From IMG/VR virus record IMGVR_UViG_3300043427_002668: a DNA stretch of 64,000 nt. One strand, 5' to 3'. Below, in pieces: positions 20,227-28,463 of this stretch (position 1 is its first letter; every line of letters starts with the position of its first letter). The notes beneath the pieces are model-generated. The model was not told the DNA's origin. It made no database searches and worked only from the letters and a program-made list of their open reading frames with translations. Made by a program: the position numbers and the translations under genes. The stretch is from a virus (lineage: Duplodnaviria; Caudoviricetes).

Positions 20227-20660
20227 CTACTACGGTAGAACCTACTGTTAATTGGTCTCAAGACCAAATGGTAGAGGTAATTCTTAATGAACCTGATGAC
20301 TTTCTGAAAGTTCGTGAAACTTTGACCCGAATCGGAGTCGCATCACGTAAAGAGAAAAAACTCTACCAATCTTGCCATATTCTGCATAAGCAGGGAAGAT
20401 ACTACATCGTTCATTTTAAGGAACTATTTGCTCTCGACGGTAAACACGCAAACCTTACAGTAAATGACGTTCAGCGTCGCAACCGTATCGCACGTCTTCT
20501 TTCTGACTGGGGACTGATTACAGTTGTAAAGGAAGATTCTGTATCTGATATTGCACCATTGAATCAGATCAAAGTTCTTTCTTATAAAGATAAAGGCGAT
20601 TGGATTCTGGAACAAAAATATAATATTGGTAAAAAGGGAAAGGGTGTAGAAACCGAATAA
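20223..20660 (+). CDS. regA: translational repressor RegA
   Basis: DDFLKVRETLTRIG...SCHILHKQGRYYIVHFKELFALDG. Confidence 0.97.
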   Translation: MTTTVEPTVNWSQDQMVEVILNEPDDFLKVRETLTRIGVASRKEKKLYQSCHILHKQGRYYIVHFKELFALDGKHANLTVNDVQRRNRIARLLSDWGLITVVKEDSVSDIAPLNQIKVLSYKDKGDWILEQKYNIGKKGKGVETE

Positions 20661-20712
20661 ATATATTTGAGACTTTCGTGCGGTCTCTACAAAAGTTCGG
20701 AACACCCTAAAA

Positions 20713-20744
20713 AGAGGTTCGGTTTTTTCCGTACCTCTTTTTTT
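20713..20744 (+). terminator. intrinsic terminator after regA
   Basis: AGAGGT...ACCTCT stem followed by a T tract. Confidence 0.65.
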
Positions 20745-20821
20745 CTTATCTTGTATAATTATATTATGGATGCCGAGAGGGTCCACAAAACACAAACTCG
20801 CTTTAAAAAGGAGCTACCATA

Positions 20822-21256
20822 ATGACTAACCTTTCACGATATACTACTGCGGATCTTTCTACTTTGTTGGATAAGATTACTCGCAACAGTATTGGAATGG
20901 ACGAATATTTTGATCGCCTATTCAATCTTCATGAAACTACCTCTAATTATCCGCCATACAATCTTGTTCAAGTAAGCAATGTAGAATCTCGCTTAGAACT
21001 TGCACTTGCCGGATTTAAGAAGGAGGAGGTTTATGTATACACAGAGTATGGAAAACTTTTTGTTGAAGGACAAAAGGAAGACCGAGAAACTGATACCCGC
21101 TACGTCCATAAGGGATTGGCTCAAAGAAGTTTTAAGAGAGCATGGACATTATCCGATGACACAACAATCAAGGATGTCACTTTCGAGGATGGATTGTTAA
21201 CTATTGTTCTTGGTAAGATTGTTCCAGAACATCATACTCGTAAAGATTATCTCTAA
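20822..21256 (+). CDS. small heat-shock protein Hsp20
   Basis: YPPYN, LELALAGF, GLAQRSF and DGLLTI alpha-crystallin motifs. Confidence 0.95.
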   Translation: MTNLSRYTTADLSTLLDKITRNSIGMDEYFDRLFNLHETTSNYPPYNLVQVSNVESRLELALAGFKKEEVYVYTEYGKLFVEGQKEDRETDTRYVHKGLAQRSFKRAWTLSDDTTIKDVTFEDGLLTIVLGKIVPEHHTRKDYL

Positions 21257-21268
21257 ATAAAAATAAAA

Positions 21269-21448
21269 ATGAAATCTTTCGAAGAGTTCAAAGAAATTGC
21301 ATATAAAAATGCAATTCCTCACACTGTTTATTCTGGAGGAAAATCAAAAAAAATTCCAAAAAGAAAAGCAGTTCCTGTAAGAAGTCGCTCAAGTGCTGGT
21401 GGTAATGGAGATGGTGGAGATGGAAGTGGGGGAGATGGTGGAGAATAA
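21269..21448 (+). CDS. 59-aa protein with Gly/Asp tail, candidate internal protein
   Basis: Read manually: MKSFEEFKEIA...SSAGGNGDGGDGSGGDGGE; TAAATA upstream. Confidence 0.6.
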   Translation: MKSFEEFKEIAYKNAIPHTVYSGGKSKKIPKRKAVPVRSRSSAGGNGDGGDGSGGDGGE

Positions 21449-21472
21449 ATAGAATTGAATATCGTCGGCGCA

Positions 21473-21525
21473 GAGGAGCACCTGGCACAATCCAGGTTGA
21501 CTCCTCCTTTTTTTGTTGCTAGAAT
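21473..21525 (+). promoter_or_regulatory. terminator hairpin overlapping a sigma70 promoter
   Basis: GAGGAG...CTCCTC stem plus T tract; TTGACT(21497)-N17-TAGAAT(21520). Confidence 0.65.
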
Positions 21526-21546
21526 ATTTGGAGGTACAAGAAAAAA

Positions 21547-21936
21547 ATGTCTGTTAAACTTATTTTGTTGCAATCTGGAGAAAACATTGTTTCTGAAATA
21601 AAGGAGGGTTATTTTCAGGATAAATTAGTCTGTTATGTTTTAGAGAATCCCTGCAATGTATTTGTTAATGGAACTTACAAAATTTTAGATCAAGAGGATG
21701 ATGGGGATAATGAAAATAAAGTAAGCATCTCACTTCGTCGTTGGCCTTCTATGTTATCATTGGCAAAAGAACAACTAACTACAATTGAACTTTCTCCAAA
21801 TTCTATTGTTACAGTTTTAGATCCTGTTGAAAGTCTTAAACAAATGTATGAAACTCAAGTATTAGGTATTAAAGAAGATGAAACTAATCAAAGTATTGTT
21901 ATTAACGAACAATCAAATTCTAATAACCCAGATTGA
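21547..21936 (+). CDS. conserved hypothetical
   Basis: MSVKLILLQSGENIVSEI; lies upstream of gp43. Confidence 0.7.
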   Translation: MSVKLILLQSGENIVSEIKEGYFQDKLVCYVLENPCNVFVNGTYKILDQEDDGDNENKVSISLRRWPSMLSLAKEQLTTIELSPNSIVTVLDPVESLKQMYETQVLGIKEDETNQSIVINEQSNSNNPD

Positions 21937-22135
21937 AGAGGTAAGTGCTGATATTGGAGAACCTGACTGTAAGTTAGTTAAACCATTCACAGTCACTAAA
22001 GATAAAACATTAGAACCTTTCCTAATGGGTTATACTAAACAAGATACATTTATGATGAGTTCGGACAAGATTCTCACACTCTCTGATCCAACTCCAACAC
22101 TTCTTGAAAAATATGAGGATTTGATTAAGGAATGA
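21878..22135 (+). CDS. conserved hypothetical
   Basis: IEEVSADIGEPDCKLVKPF; coupled to the gp43 start. Confidence 0.7.
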   Translation: MKLIKVLLLTNNQILITQIEEVSADIGEPDCKLVKPFTVTKDKTLEPFLMGYTKQDTFMMSSDKILTLSDPTPTLLEKYEDLIKE

Positions 22136-23403
22136 GATTTTATACTAATGTTCAATTGATTGGAAATCAGTTTTTGGTTCGTGGGGTAGAAAATGGAAAA
22201 AGATTTGAAACAAGAGATGAGTTCTTCCCAACTCTTTATGTGAAAACTAAAAAAGATTCTAAATATCGAACATTAAGTGGCGAAGCAGTTGAACCAGTAA
22301 ATCCGGGAACAGTTCGTGACTGTCGTGAATTTTATAATAAGTATGAAAGTGTAGATGGATTTGAGATCTACGGAAATGACCGTTATATCTACCAATACAT
22401 TTCGGAAAAATATCCGGACGATGAAATTAAGTTTGATATCAGTAAAATCAAACTTGTAACTCTAGATATTGAGGTTGCATCAGAAGCAGGATTCCCTGAT
22501 GTAGAATCTGCATCTGAAGAAATCCTTTCTATCTCTATTCAGGATTATACAACAAAGAAGATTATTACTTGGGGAGTTAAACCATTCAATAACACCCGCA
22601 AGGATGTGACTTATCATCATTGCCCCTCTGAGTATGAACTTCTCAATCACTTCATCAATTATTGGATGGTGGATGTTCCTGATGTGATTACAGGATGGAA
22701 CATCCAGATGTATGACGTTCCTTATATCTGTAAGAGACTGAATCGTGTTCTTGGTGAGAAACTGATGAAACGGTTCTCTAACTGGGGACTTGTGACTGAG
22801 GGTGAAGTATTCATCAATGGACGCAAGCACACCACATTTGATGTAGGTGGTTTGACTCAACTTGACTATTTGGATCTTTATAAGAAATTTACTTATAAAG
22901 TTCAGGAATCTTATCGTCTAGATTATATTGCTGAAGTGGAACTGGGACAGAAAAAACTGGATCACTCTGAGTTTGATACATTCAAAGATTTCTACACCAA
23001 AGGATGGCAGAAGTTCATTGAATATAACATCATTGACGTAGAACTTGTTGACCGTCTGGAAGACAAGATGAAACTGATTGAACTTGCTCTGACGATGGCA
23101 TATGACGCAAAGGTGAATTATGCTGATGTGTTTTATCAGGTTCGTATGTGGGATAATATCATCTACACATATCTCAAGAAGAAGAACATTGTAATCCCCC
23201 CAAAGAACAAGACTAAGAAAGATGAAAAGTATGAAGGTGCTTATGTAAAAGAACCTATTTCTGGTATGTATGATTATGTTGTAAGTTTCGATTTGAACAG
23301 CCTTTATCCCCACCTTATTATGCAATACTCAATATCCCCAGAAACTCTTGTGAGTATGGATGATGTAAATAAGAGGATTGCAGAACTCGAAAGTATGCTA
23401 TAA
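22132..23403 (+). CDS. gp43: family B DNA polymerase gp43, N-terminal fragment (exonuclease + motif A)
   Basis: ExoI DIEV, ExoII GWNIQMYD, ExoIII YNIIDV and motif A SFDLNSLYP; stops 17 aa after SPETL. Confidence 0.95.
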   Translation: MRFYTNVQLIGNQFLVRGVENGKRFETRDEFFPTLYVKTKKDSKYRTLSGEAVEPVNPGTVRDCREFYNKYESVDGFEIYGNDRYIYQYISEKYPDDEIKFDISKIKLVTLDIEVASEAGFPDVESASEEILSISIQDYTTKKIITWGVKPFNNTRKDVTYHHCPSEYELLNHFINYWMVDVPDVITGWNIQMYDVPYICKRLNRVLGEKLMKRFSNWGLVTEGEVFINGRKHTTFDVGGLTQLDYLDLYKKFTYKVQESYRLDYIAEVELGQKKLDHSEFDTFKDFYTKGWQKFIEYNIIDVELVDRLEDKMKLIELALTMAYDAKVNYADVFYQVRMWDNIIYTYLKKKNIVIPPKNKTKKDEKYEGAYVKEPISGMYDYVVSFDLNSLYPHLIMQYSISPETLVSMDDVNKRIAELESML

Positions 23404-23411
23404 TATAAATA
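23404..23411 (+). promoter_or_regulatory. late promoter inside the gp43 insertion
   Basis: TATAAATA 19 nt before the endonuclease ATG. Confidence 0.65.
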
Positions 23412-23430
23412 GGATATAGATAGTTTATAA

Positions 23431-23970
23431 ATGAAAAGAGAGTATCCTATGTATGTTTATCAATACAAAGATGATGATAAAGTTTTTTATGTTGGTATGG
23501 GGCAGGGGTATAGAATGTGGGCTCACTTAAAACCAAGTTCTTATATGCCATATGATGCAAATTATCCATCTTTCTATGGTAAAATAAAATCTATTTTTTT
23601 GTCGGGAAGAGAACCATTTGTTGAAAAGATTTTTGAGGGAACAAAAAAAGAATGTTTAGTCTTAGAAGAAGAACTTATTGAAAAGTATAAATTGATAAGT
23701 GAAGGTGGAACACTTTATAATATTTCAAAAAAAAGTGGTGGTAGAGTAAAAGGTAAATCATATCCTATGAGTGAAAATACCCGTCAAAGGTATAGAGAAA
23801 CTATGAGACAAAATAGAACTTATAAAATTGAAAGTGAAGATTTGAGAAAATTGTATATTATTGAGAATAAGACAAGGAAGCAAATTGCCGAACATTATAA
23901 TTGTAGTGAAGTATTGATTAAACAAAGATTAAAAGAGTTTGGTATTAAAAAAATTACTAAAATACTATGA
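23431..23970 (+). CDS. GIY-YIG homing endonuclease splitting gp43
   Basis: YVYQY-x7-FYVGMG..YR, conserved E (LEEELI) and LYN; NUMOD3-like segment and C-terminal HTH. Confidence 0.85.
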   Translation: MKREYPMYVYQYKDDDKVFYVGMGQGYRMWAHLKPSSYMPYDANYPSFYGKIKSIFLSGREPFVEKIFEGTKKECLVLEEELIEKYKLISEGGTLYNISKKSGGRVKGKSYPMSENTRQRYRETMRQNRTYKIESEDLRKLYIIENKTRKQIAEHYNCSEVLIKQRLKEFGIKKITKIL

Positions 23971-25325
23971 ATAATAATATGTGGAAAGATGTTCGTCAAA
24001 TGTCTCCTCAAGAAATTAAAGAGGAATTGGAAGCACTTAAGAAAGTAAGAGAACTTTCTAATCAAGTGAATGTTGATAAACTTCTTAATCAAGAATTGGA
24101 TTTAGAACCTTTGCGAAAAGTCAATTTGACTATTACTGCAAACGGAGCACTTTATCGTAGAGTAAATGGTTTTCTTCCTGAACTGATGGAGAAGATCTAC
24201 AATGAACGTGTGATCTTCAAGAAGAAGATGCTTGCTGCAGAACAACAGTATGAGAAGACTAAAACAAAAGAGTTGGAAAAGGAAATTGCGCGATGTAATA
24301 ACATCCAAATGGCGAGGAAGATTCAGCTTAACTCTGCTTATGGTGCTATTGGCAATCAGTATTTCCGTTACTATAAACTAGCAAACGCTGAAGCGATTAC
24401 TCTTTCCGGTAAGGTTTCAATTCAGTGGATTATGAATAAGATGAACTCCTACATAAACAAAATTCTTAAAACAGATGGTGAAGATTATGTTATTGCTTCT
24501 GATACTGATTCTATCTATCTCAATATGGGTCCTTTGGTTGAAACTGTATTCAAAGGAAGAGAGAAAACTACTCAAGACATTGTTTCGTTCCTTGATAAGG
24601 TGTGTCAAGTGGAACTTGAAAAATATATTGAAAGTTCTTATCAAGAATTGGCGAATTATGTAAACGCTTACGATCAGAAGATGATTATGAAGCGTGAGTG
24701 TATTGCTGAACGTGGTATTTGGACTGCGAAGAAACGATACATTCTGAGTGTATGGGATAGTGAAGGTGTTCGATATGAATCACCCAAACTGAAAATCAAG
24801 GGTATTGAAGCAATCAAATCTTCTACTCCTGCTCCTTGTCGTAAGATGCTGAAAGAAGCATTTAATATTCTGATGAGTGGAAGTGAAGATGATATGATTC
24901 AGTTTATTGATGATTTCCGCAATAAATTTAAGAAATTACCACCTGAAGAAATCTCATTCCCACGTTCTGCGTCTGACGTTCAGAAATATACATCACACTC
25001 TCAAATTTATGTAAAGGGAACTCCGATTCATGTTCGTGGAGCACTTCTCTTTAATTATTATGTCAAAGAAAATAACCTGACTGGAAAATATTCTTTGATT
25101 CAGAACGGAGAAAAGATCAAGTTTGTTTACCTCAAGAAACCAAATACGATTCATGAGAATGTAATCTCATTTATTCAGGAGTTTCCCAAGGAACTGAATC
25201 TTGACAAATACATAGATTATGAATTACAATTTGAGAAAGCATTTCTAGAACCACTCAAAGTTATTCTTGATATTATTGGGTGGAATATGGAAAAGACAGT
25301 AAACCTTGATTCATTTTTTGCCTAA
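23967..25325 (+). CDS. gp43: DNA polymerase gp43, C-terminal fragment (motifs B, C, thumb)
   Basis: ANGALY, KIQLNSAYG (motif B), SDTDSIY (motif C) and KKRY; ATG overlaps the endonuclease stop (ATGA). Confidence 0.95.
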   Translation: MNNNMWKDVRQMSPQEIKEELEALKKVRELSNQVNVDKLLNQELDLEPLRKVNLTITANGALYRRVNGFLPELMEKIYNERVIFKKKMLAAEQQYEKTKTKELEKEIARCNNIQMARKIQLNSAYGAIGNQYFRYYKLANAEAITLSGKVSIQWIMNKMNSYINKILKTDGEDYVIASDTDSIYLNMGPLVETVFKGREKTTQDIVSFLDKVCQVELEKYIESSYQELANYVNAYDQKMIMKRECIAERGIWTAKKRYILSVWDSEGVRYESPKLKIKGIEAIKSSTPAPCRKMLKEAFNILMSGSEDDMIQFIDDFRNKFKKLPPEEISFPRSASDVQKYTSHSQIYVKGTPIHVRGALLFNYYVKENNLTGKYSLIQNGEKIKFVYLKKPNTIHENVISFIQEFPKELNLDKYIDYELQFEKAFLEPLKVILDIIGWNMEKTVNLDSFFA

Positions 25326-26332
25326 TGGATTTTCTTAAAGATATTGTAAAAGAAATTGGTGATGACTATACAAAGTTAGCATCGGATATTGATGAGACGG
25401 AGATCTATGTTGACACGGGTTCGTATATTTTTAATGCACTGGTTTCGGGTAGCATCTTTGGTGGTGTATCTGGGAATAAAATTACTGCTATTGCTGGAGA
25501 GTCTTCTACTGGAAAGACTTTCTTCAGTCTCGCCGTGGTTAAGAATTTTCTTGATAATAATCCCGATGGTTATTGTCTCTATTTTGATACTGAGGCTGCC
25601 ATTACAAAGTCTCTCCTGGAGTCACGCGGCATTGACACATCACGCCTTGTCGTGGTTAATGTTGTCACCGTAGAAGAATTCCGCAGTAAGGCTCTTAAAG
25701 CAGTTGATCTTTATATGAAGAAACCCGAAGGGGAACGTAGTCCTTGCATGTTTGTGTTAGACTCTCTGGGTATGCTTTCTACAGAGAAAGAGATTACTGA
25801 TGCACTGAATGATAAGCAAGTTCGTGATATGACTAAATCGCAACTTATCAAAGGTGCTTTCCGAATGCTAACACTTAAACTAGGTCAAGCAAATGTTCCA
25901 CTCATTGTCACAAATCATACATACGATGTCATCGGAGCTTATGTACCAACGAAAGAAATGGGAGGAGGTTCTGGACTCAAATACGCAGCCTCTACAATCA
26001 TTTATCTCTCAAAGAAAAAAGAAAAGGATGGAACGGAAGTGGTCGGAAATATTATCAAGGCTAAGACTGCTAAATCGCGTTTGAGTAAAGAGAATAAAGA
26101 TGTTGAGGTTCGTCTTTATTATGATGAGCGTGGTCTTGATCGTTACTACGGTCTTCTTGAACTTGGAGAGATTGGAGGACTTTGGAAGAATGTAGCAGGA
26201 CGCTATGAGATTGATGGTAAGAAGATTTATGCTAAACAGATTCTGAAAGAACCTGAAGTATATTTCACTGAAGAAGTAATGCAACAGTTGGACGAAATCG
26301 CACGAAAGGAATTTAGTTATGGAGAAAGTTGA
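25325..26332 (+). CDS. uvsX: RecA-like recombinase UvsX
   Basis: AGESSTGKT, FDTE, LDSLG and MGGGSGLKY. Confidence 0.95.
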   Translation: MDFLKDIVKEIGDDYTKLASDIDETEIYVDTGSYIFNALVSGSIFGGVSGNKITAIAGESSTGKTFFSLAVVKNFLDNNPDGYCLYFDTEAAITKSLLESRGIDTSRLVVVNVVTVEEFRSKALKAVDLYMKKPEGERSPCMFVLDSLGMLSTEKEITDALNDKQVRDMTKSQLIKGAFRMLTLKLGQANVPLIVTNHTYDVIGAYVPTKEMGGGSGLKYAASTIIYLSKKKEKDGTEVVGNIIKAKTAKSRLSKENKDVEVRLYYDERGLDRYYGLLELGEIGGLWKNVAGRYEIDGKKIYAKQILKEPEVYFTEEVMQQLDEIARKEFSYGES

Positions 26333-27695
26333 GTTTCTAATTCTTAGAAACCTGTTACATAATGAAGAATATGTCCGAAAAGTAATACCATTTATCAAAT
26401 CTGAATATTTTGAAGATCAAAATCAAAAGATTGTATTTGAAGAAATACTTTCTTTCGTTCAGGAATATAATCAACCAGCAACCAAAGAAGTCCTTTGTAT
26501 TGAGGTAGAGAAGCGGCAGGATATTAATGATACTTCTTTTAAAGATATCATTCATCTTATTTCTTCTCTTGAAGATGTTCCAGTTGAGTTTAATTGGTTG
26601 GTTGATTGTACTGAAAAATGGTGTCGTGATCGTGCAATTTATCTTGCACTTATGGAGTCAATTCATATTGCTGACGGTAAAGATGAAAAGAAAAATAGAG
26701 ATAGTATTCCTTCTATTCTTTCTGATGCTCTTGCTGTAAGTTTTGATACTCATATAGGTCACGATTACTTACAGGATTACGAACAAAGATATGAGTCATA
26801 TCACAAAAAGGAGGATAAAATTGAATTTGATCTTGAATACTTTAACAAAATTACCAAAGGCGGTCTCCCTAATAAGACTCTTAATATCGCTCTTGCTGGT
26901 ACGGGTGTCGGCAAGTCTCTATTCATGTGCCATGTTGCTAGCTCCGTCTTGCTCCAAGGGAGGAACGTTCTCTACATTACGTTGGAAATGGCAGAAGAGC
27001 GCATTGCTGAAAGAATTGATGCAAACCTCTTGAATGTTCCTATTCAAGATATTGTTGATCTTCCCAAACAAATGTTTGAGAATAAGGTCAATAATCTTGC
27101 AAAGAAGACCCAAGGAACACTTATAATTAAGGAATATCCTACTGCTTCCGCACATGCAGGACACTTTAAGTCACTTCTTAATGAACTTGCACTTAAGAAG
27201 TCATTTAGACCTGATATTATTTTTATTGATTACCTTAATATTTGTGCTTCCTCTAGGTATCGCGGAAACAGCAACATCAATTCTTATACATTTGTCAAGG
27301 CAATTGCTGAGGAACTTAGGGGGCTCGCAGTTGAGTTTAATGTCCCGATTGTCTCCGCTACTCAGACCACTCGCTCAGGTTATGGTAGTTCTGATGTTGA
27401 ACTTACTGATACTTCTGAGTCCTTTGGTCTTCCTGCTACTGCTGACCTTATGTTTGCCCTTATTAGCACTGAAGAGTTGGAGGGTCTGGGACAGATTCTC
27501 GTAAAACAACTTAAGAATCGTTATAATGACCCAACCATTCACAAGAGGTTTGTGGTTGGAATTGATAGGGCAAAAATGCGTCTTTATGACTGCGAACAAT
27601 CCGCCCAACAAGACATACTTGACTCTGGAAAGGAAGAAGAGTATGATTATGAGGAAAAGAAACCTAAAAAATCATTTGAAGGATTTAAATTCTAA
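26319..27695 (+). CDS. gp41: replicative helicase gp41
   Basis: AGTGVGKS, IDYLN, SATQTTR and QLKNRY. Confidence 0.96.
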   Translation: MEKVEFLILRNLLHNEEYVRKVIPFIKSEYFEDQNQKIVFEEILSFVQEYNQPATKEVLCIEVEKRQDINDTSFKDIIHLISSLEDVPVEFNWLVDCTEKWCRDRAIYLALMESIHIADGKDEKKNRDSIPSILSDALAVSFDTHIGHDYLQDYEQRYESYHKKEDKIEFDLEYFNKITKGGLPNKTLNIALAGTGVGKSLFMCHVASSVLLQGRNVLYITLEMAEERIAERIDANLLNVPIQDIVDLPKQMFENKVNNLAKKTQGTLIIKEYPTASAHAGHFKSLLNELALKKSFRPDIIFIDYLNICASSRYRGNSNINSYTFVKAIAEELRGLAVEFNVPIVSATQTTRSGYGSSDVELTDTSESFGLPATADLMFALISTEELEGLGQILVKQLKNRYNDPTIHKRFVVGIDRAKMRLYDCEQSAQQDILDSGKEEEYDYEEKKPKKSFEGFKF

Positions 27696-27696
27696 T

Positions 27697-28110
27697 ATGA
27701 CTCAAGTTATTGATACAAACAAATATATTGAATTCGTTCGTCAAACTACAAGTCCTGCAAGTAGTGATCTAGCAGCACTTCTTGCTCGTATTGCGGAACT
27801 GGAAGCAACTGCAGATGCTGATGTTCCTCGTCTTCTGACTGCTGCACTAGGTATGAGTGCAGAAGCAGGTGAGTTTACTGAAGTTGTTAAAAAGATTGTT
27901 CTTCAAGGTAAACCTTATAACGAAGAGAATGCTTTTCACCTGAAGCGTGAACTTGGTGATATCTGTTGGTATCTCTCTCAAGCATTTATGGCTCTTGATA
28001 CTAACTTTGAAGAAATTCTTCAAATGAACTATGAGAAACTGAGTGCTCGTTATCCTGAAGGTACTTTTGATGTTTATCGTTCCGAAAATCGTGTGGAGGG
28101 AGACCTGTGA
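27697..28110 (+). CDS. mazG: MazG-like nucleotide pyrophosphohydrolase
   Basis: GMSAEAGEFTEVVKK...ELGDICWY...NYEKLSARYP. Confidence 0.9.
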   Translation: MTQVIDTNKYIEFVRQTTSPASSDLAALLARIAELEATADADVPRLLTAALGMSAEAGEFTEVVKKIVLQGKPYNEENAFHLKRELGDICWYLSQAFMALDTNFEEILQMNYEKLSARYPEGTFDVYRSENRVEGDL

Positions 28111-28292
28111 CTAAAGAAAAACAAGTAACTATTAAAATGGATGCTCGTCAAGCAGCAGCAGTTCGTCAAATTCTTTTTGAAGCACAAAAAGGATACACAT
28201 ATGATGAAGTAAGTGTTCCTCCGCGAATTGCTGATGTTCGTGAAGTCATTCAACAACTTGATGATAGTATTGGTGCTGTAGTTGGTGTTTGA
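28107..28292 (+). CDS. hypothetical protein
   Basis: 61-aa ORF, GTG start overlapping the mazG stop. Confidence 0.6.
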   Translation: MTKEKQVTIKMDARQAAAVRQILFEAQKGYTYDEVSVPPRIADVREVIQQLDDSIGAVVGV

Positions 28293-28322
28293 TAAATAAA
28301 TCGGAAGGTTGCTCTAACCCTC

Positions 28323-28351
28323 TTGACTTTTAGTCGAGAGGGTTTTATAAT
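28323..28351 (+). promoter_or_regulatory. sigma70 promoter for tRNA-Ala within a hairpin
   Basis: TTGACT-N17-TATAAT. Confidence 0.8.
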
Positions 28352-28361
28352 ATCTGAACTC

Positions 28362-28434
28362 GGGGAATTAGCTCATTTGGTAGAGCACCGCCTTTGCACG
28401 GCGGGGGTGAGGGGTTCGAGTCCCCTATTCTCCA
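28362..28434 (+). tRNA. tRNA-Ala(TGC)
   Basis: Full cloverleaf; CCGCC-TT-TGC-AC-GGCGG anticodon arm; GTTCGA T-loop. Confidence 0.93.
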
Positions 28435-28463
28435 TTCTAAATATAAGTAAATAGTCATTAAAA

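Noticed and set aside
23401-23970. Ribosomal bypass or readthrough joining the gp43 halves
   Set aside because: The gap is about 560 nt, holds several in-frame stops and a full ORF, and the halves are in different frames.
23350-24070. Split intein or group I intron in gp43
   Set aside because: No intein N-terminal Cys/Ser block or terminal His-Asn. Only about 80 and 100 nt flank the endonuclease ORF, with no recognisable P7/R-S elements, and the C-half has its own coupled ATG.
27526-27696. N-terminal extension of MazG (also the long starts at 202, 18067, 19804, 40115, 45746, 49739 and 56915)
   Set aside because: They overlap upstream genes or elements; downstream ATGs match the family N-termini and coupling.
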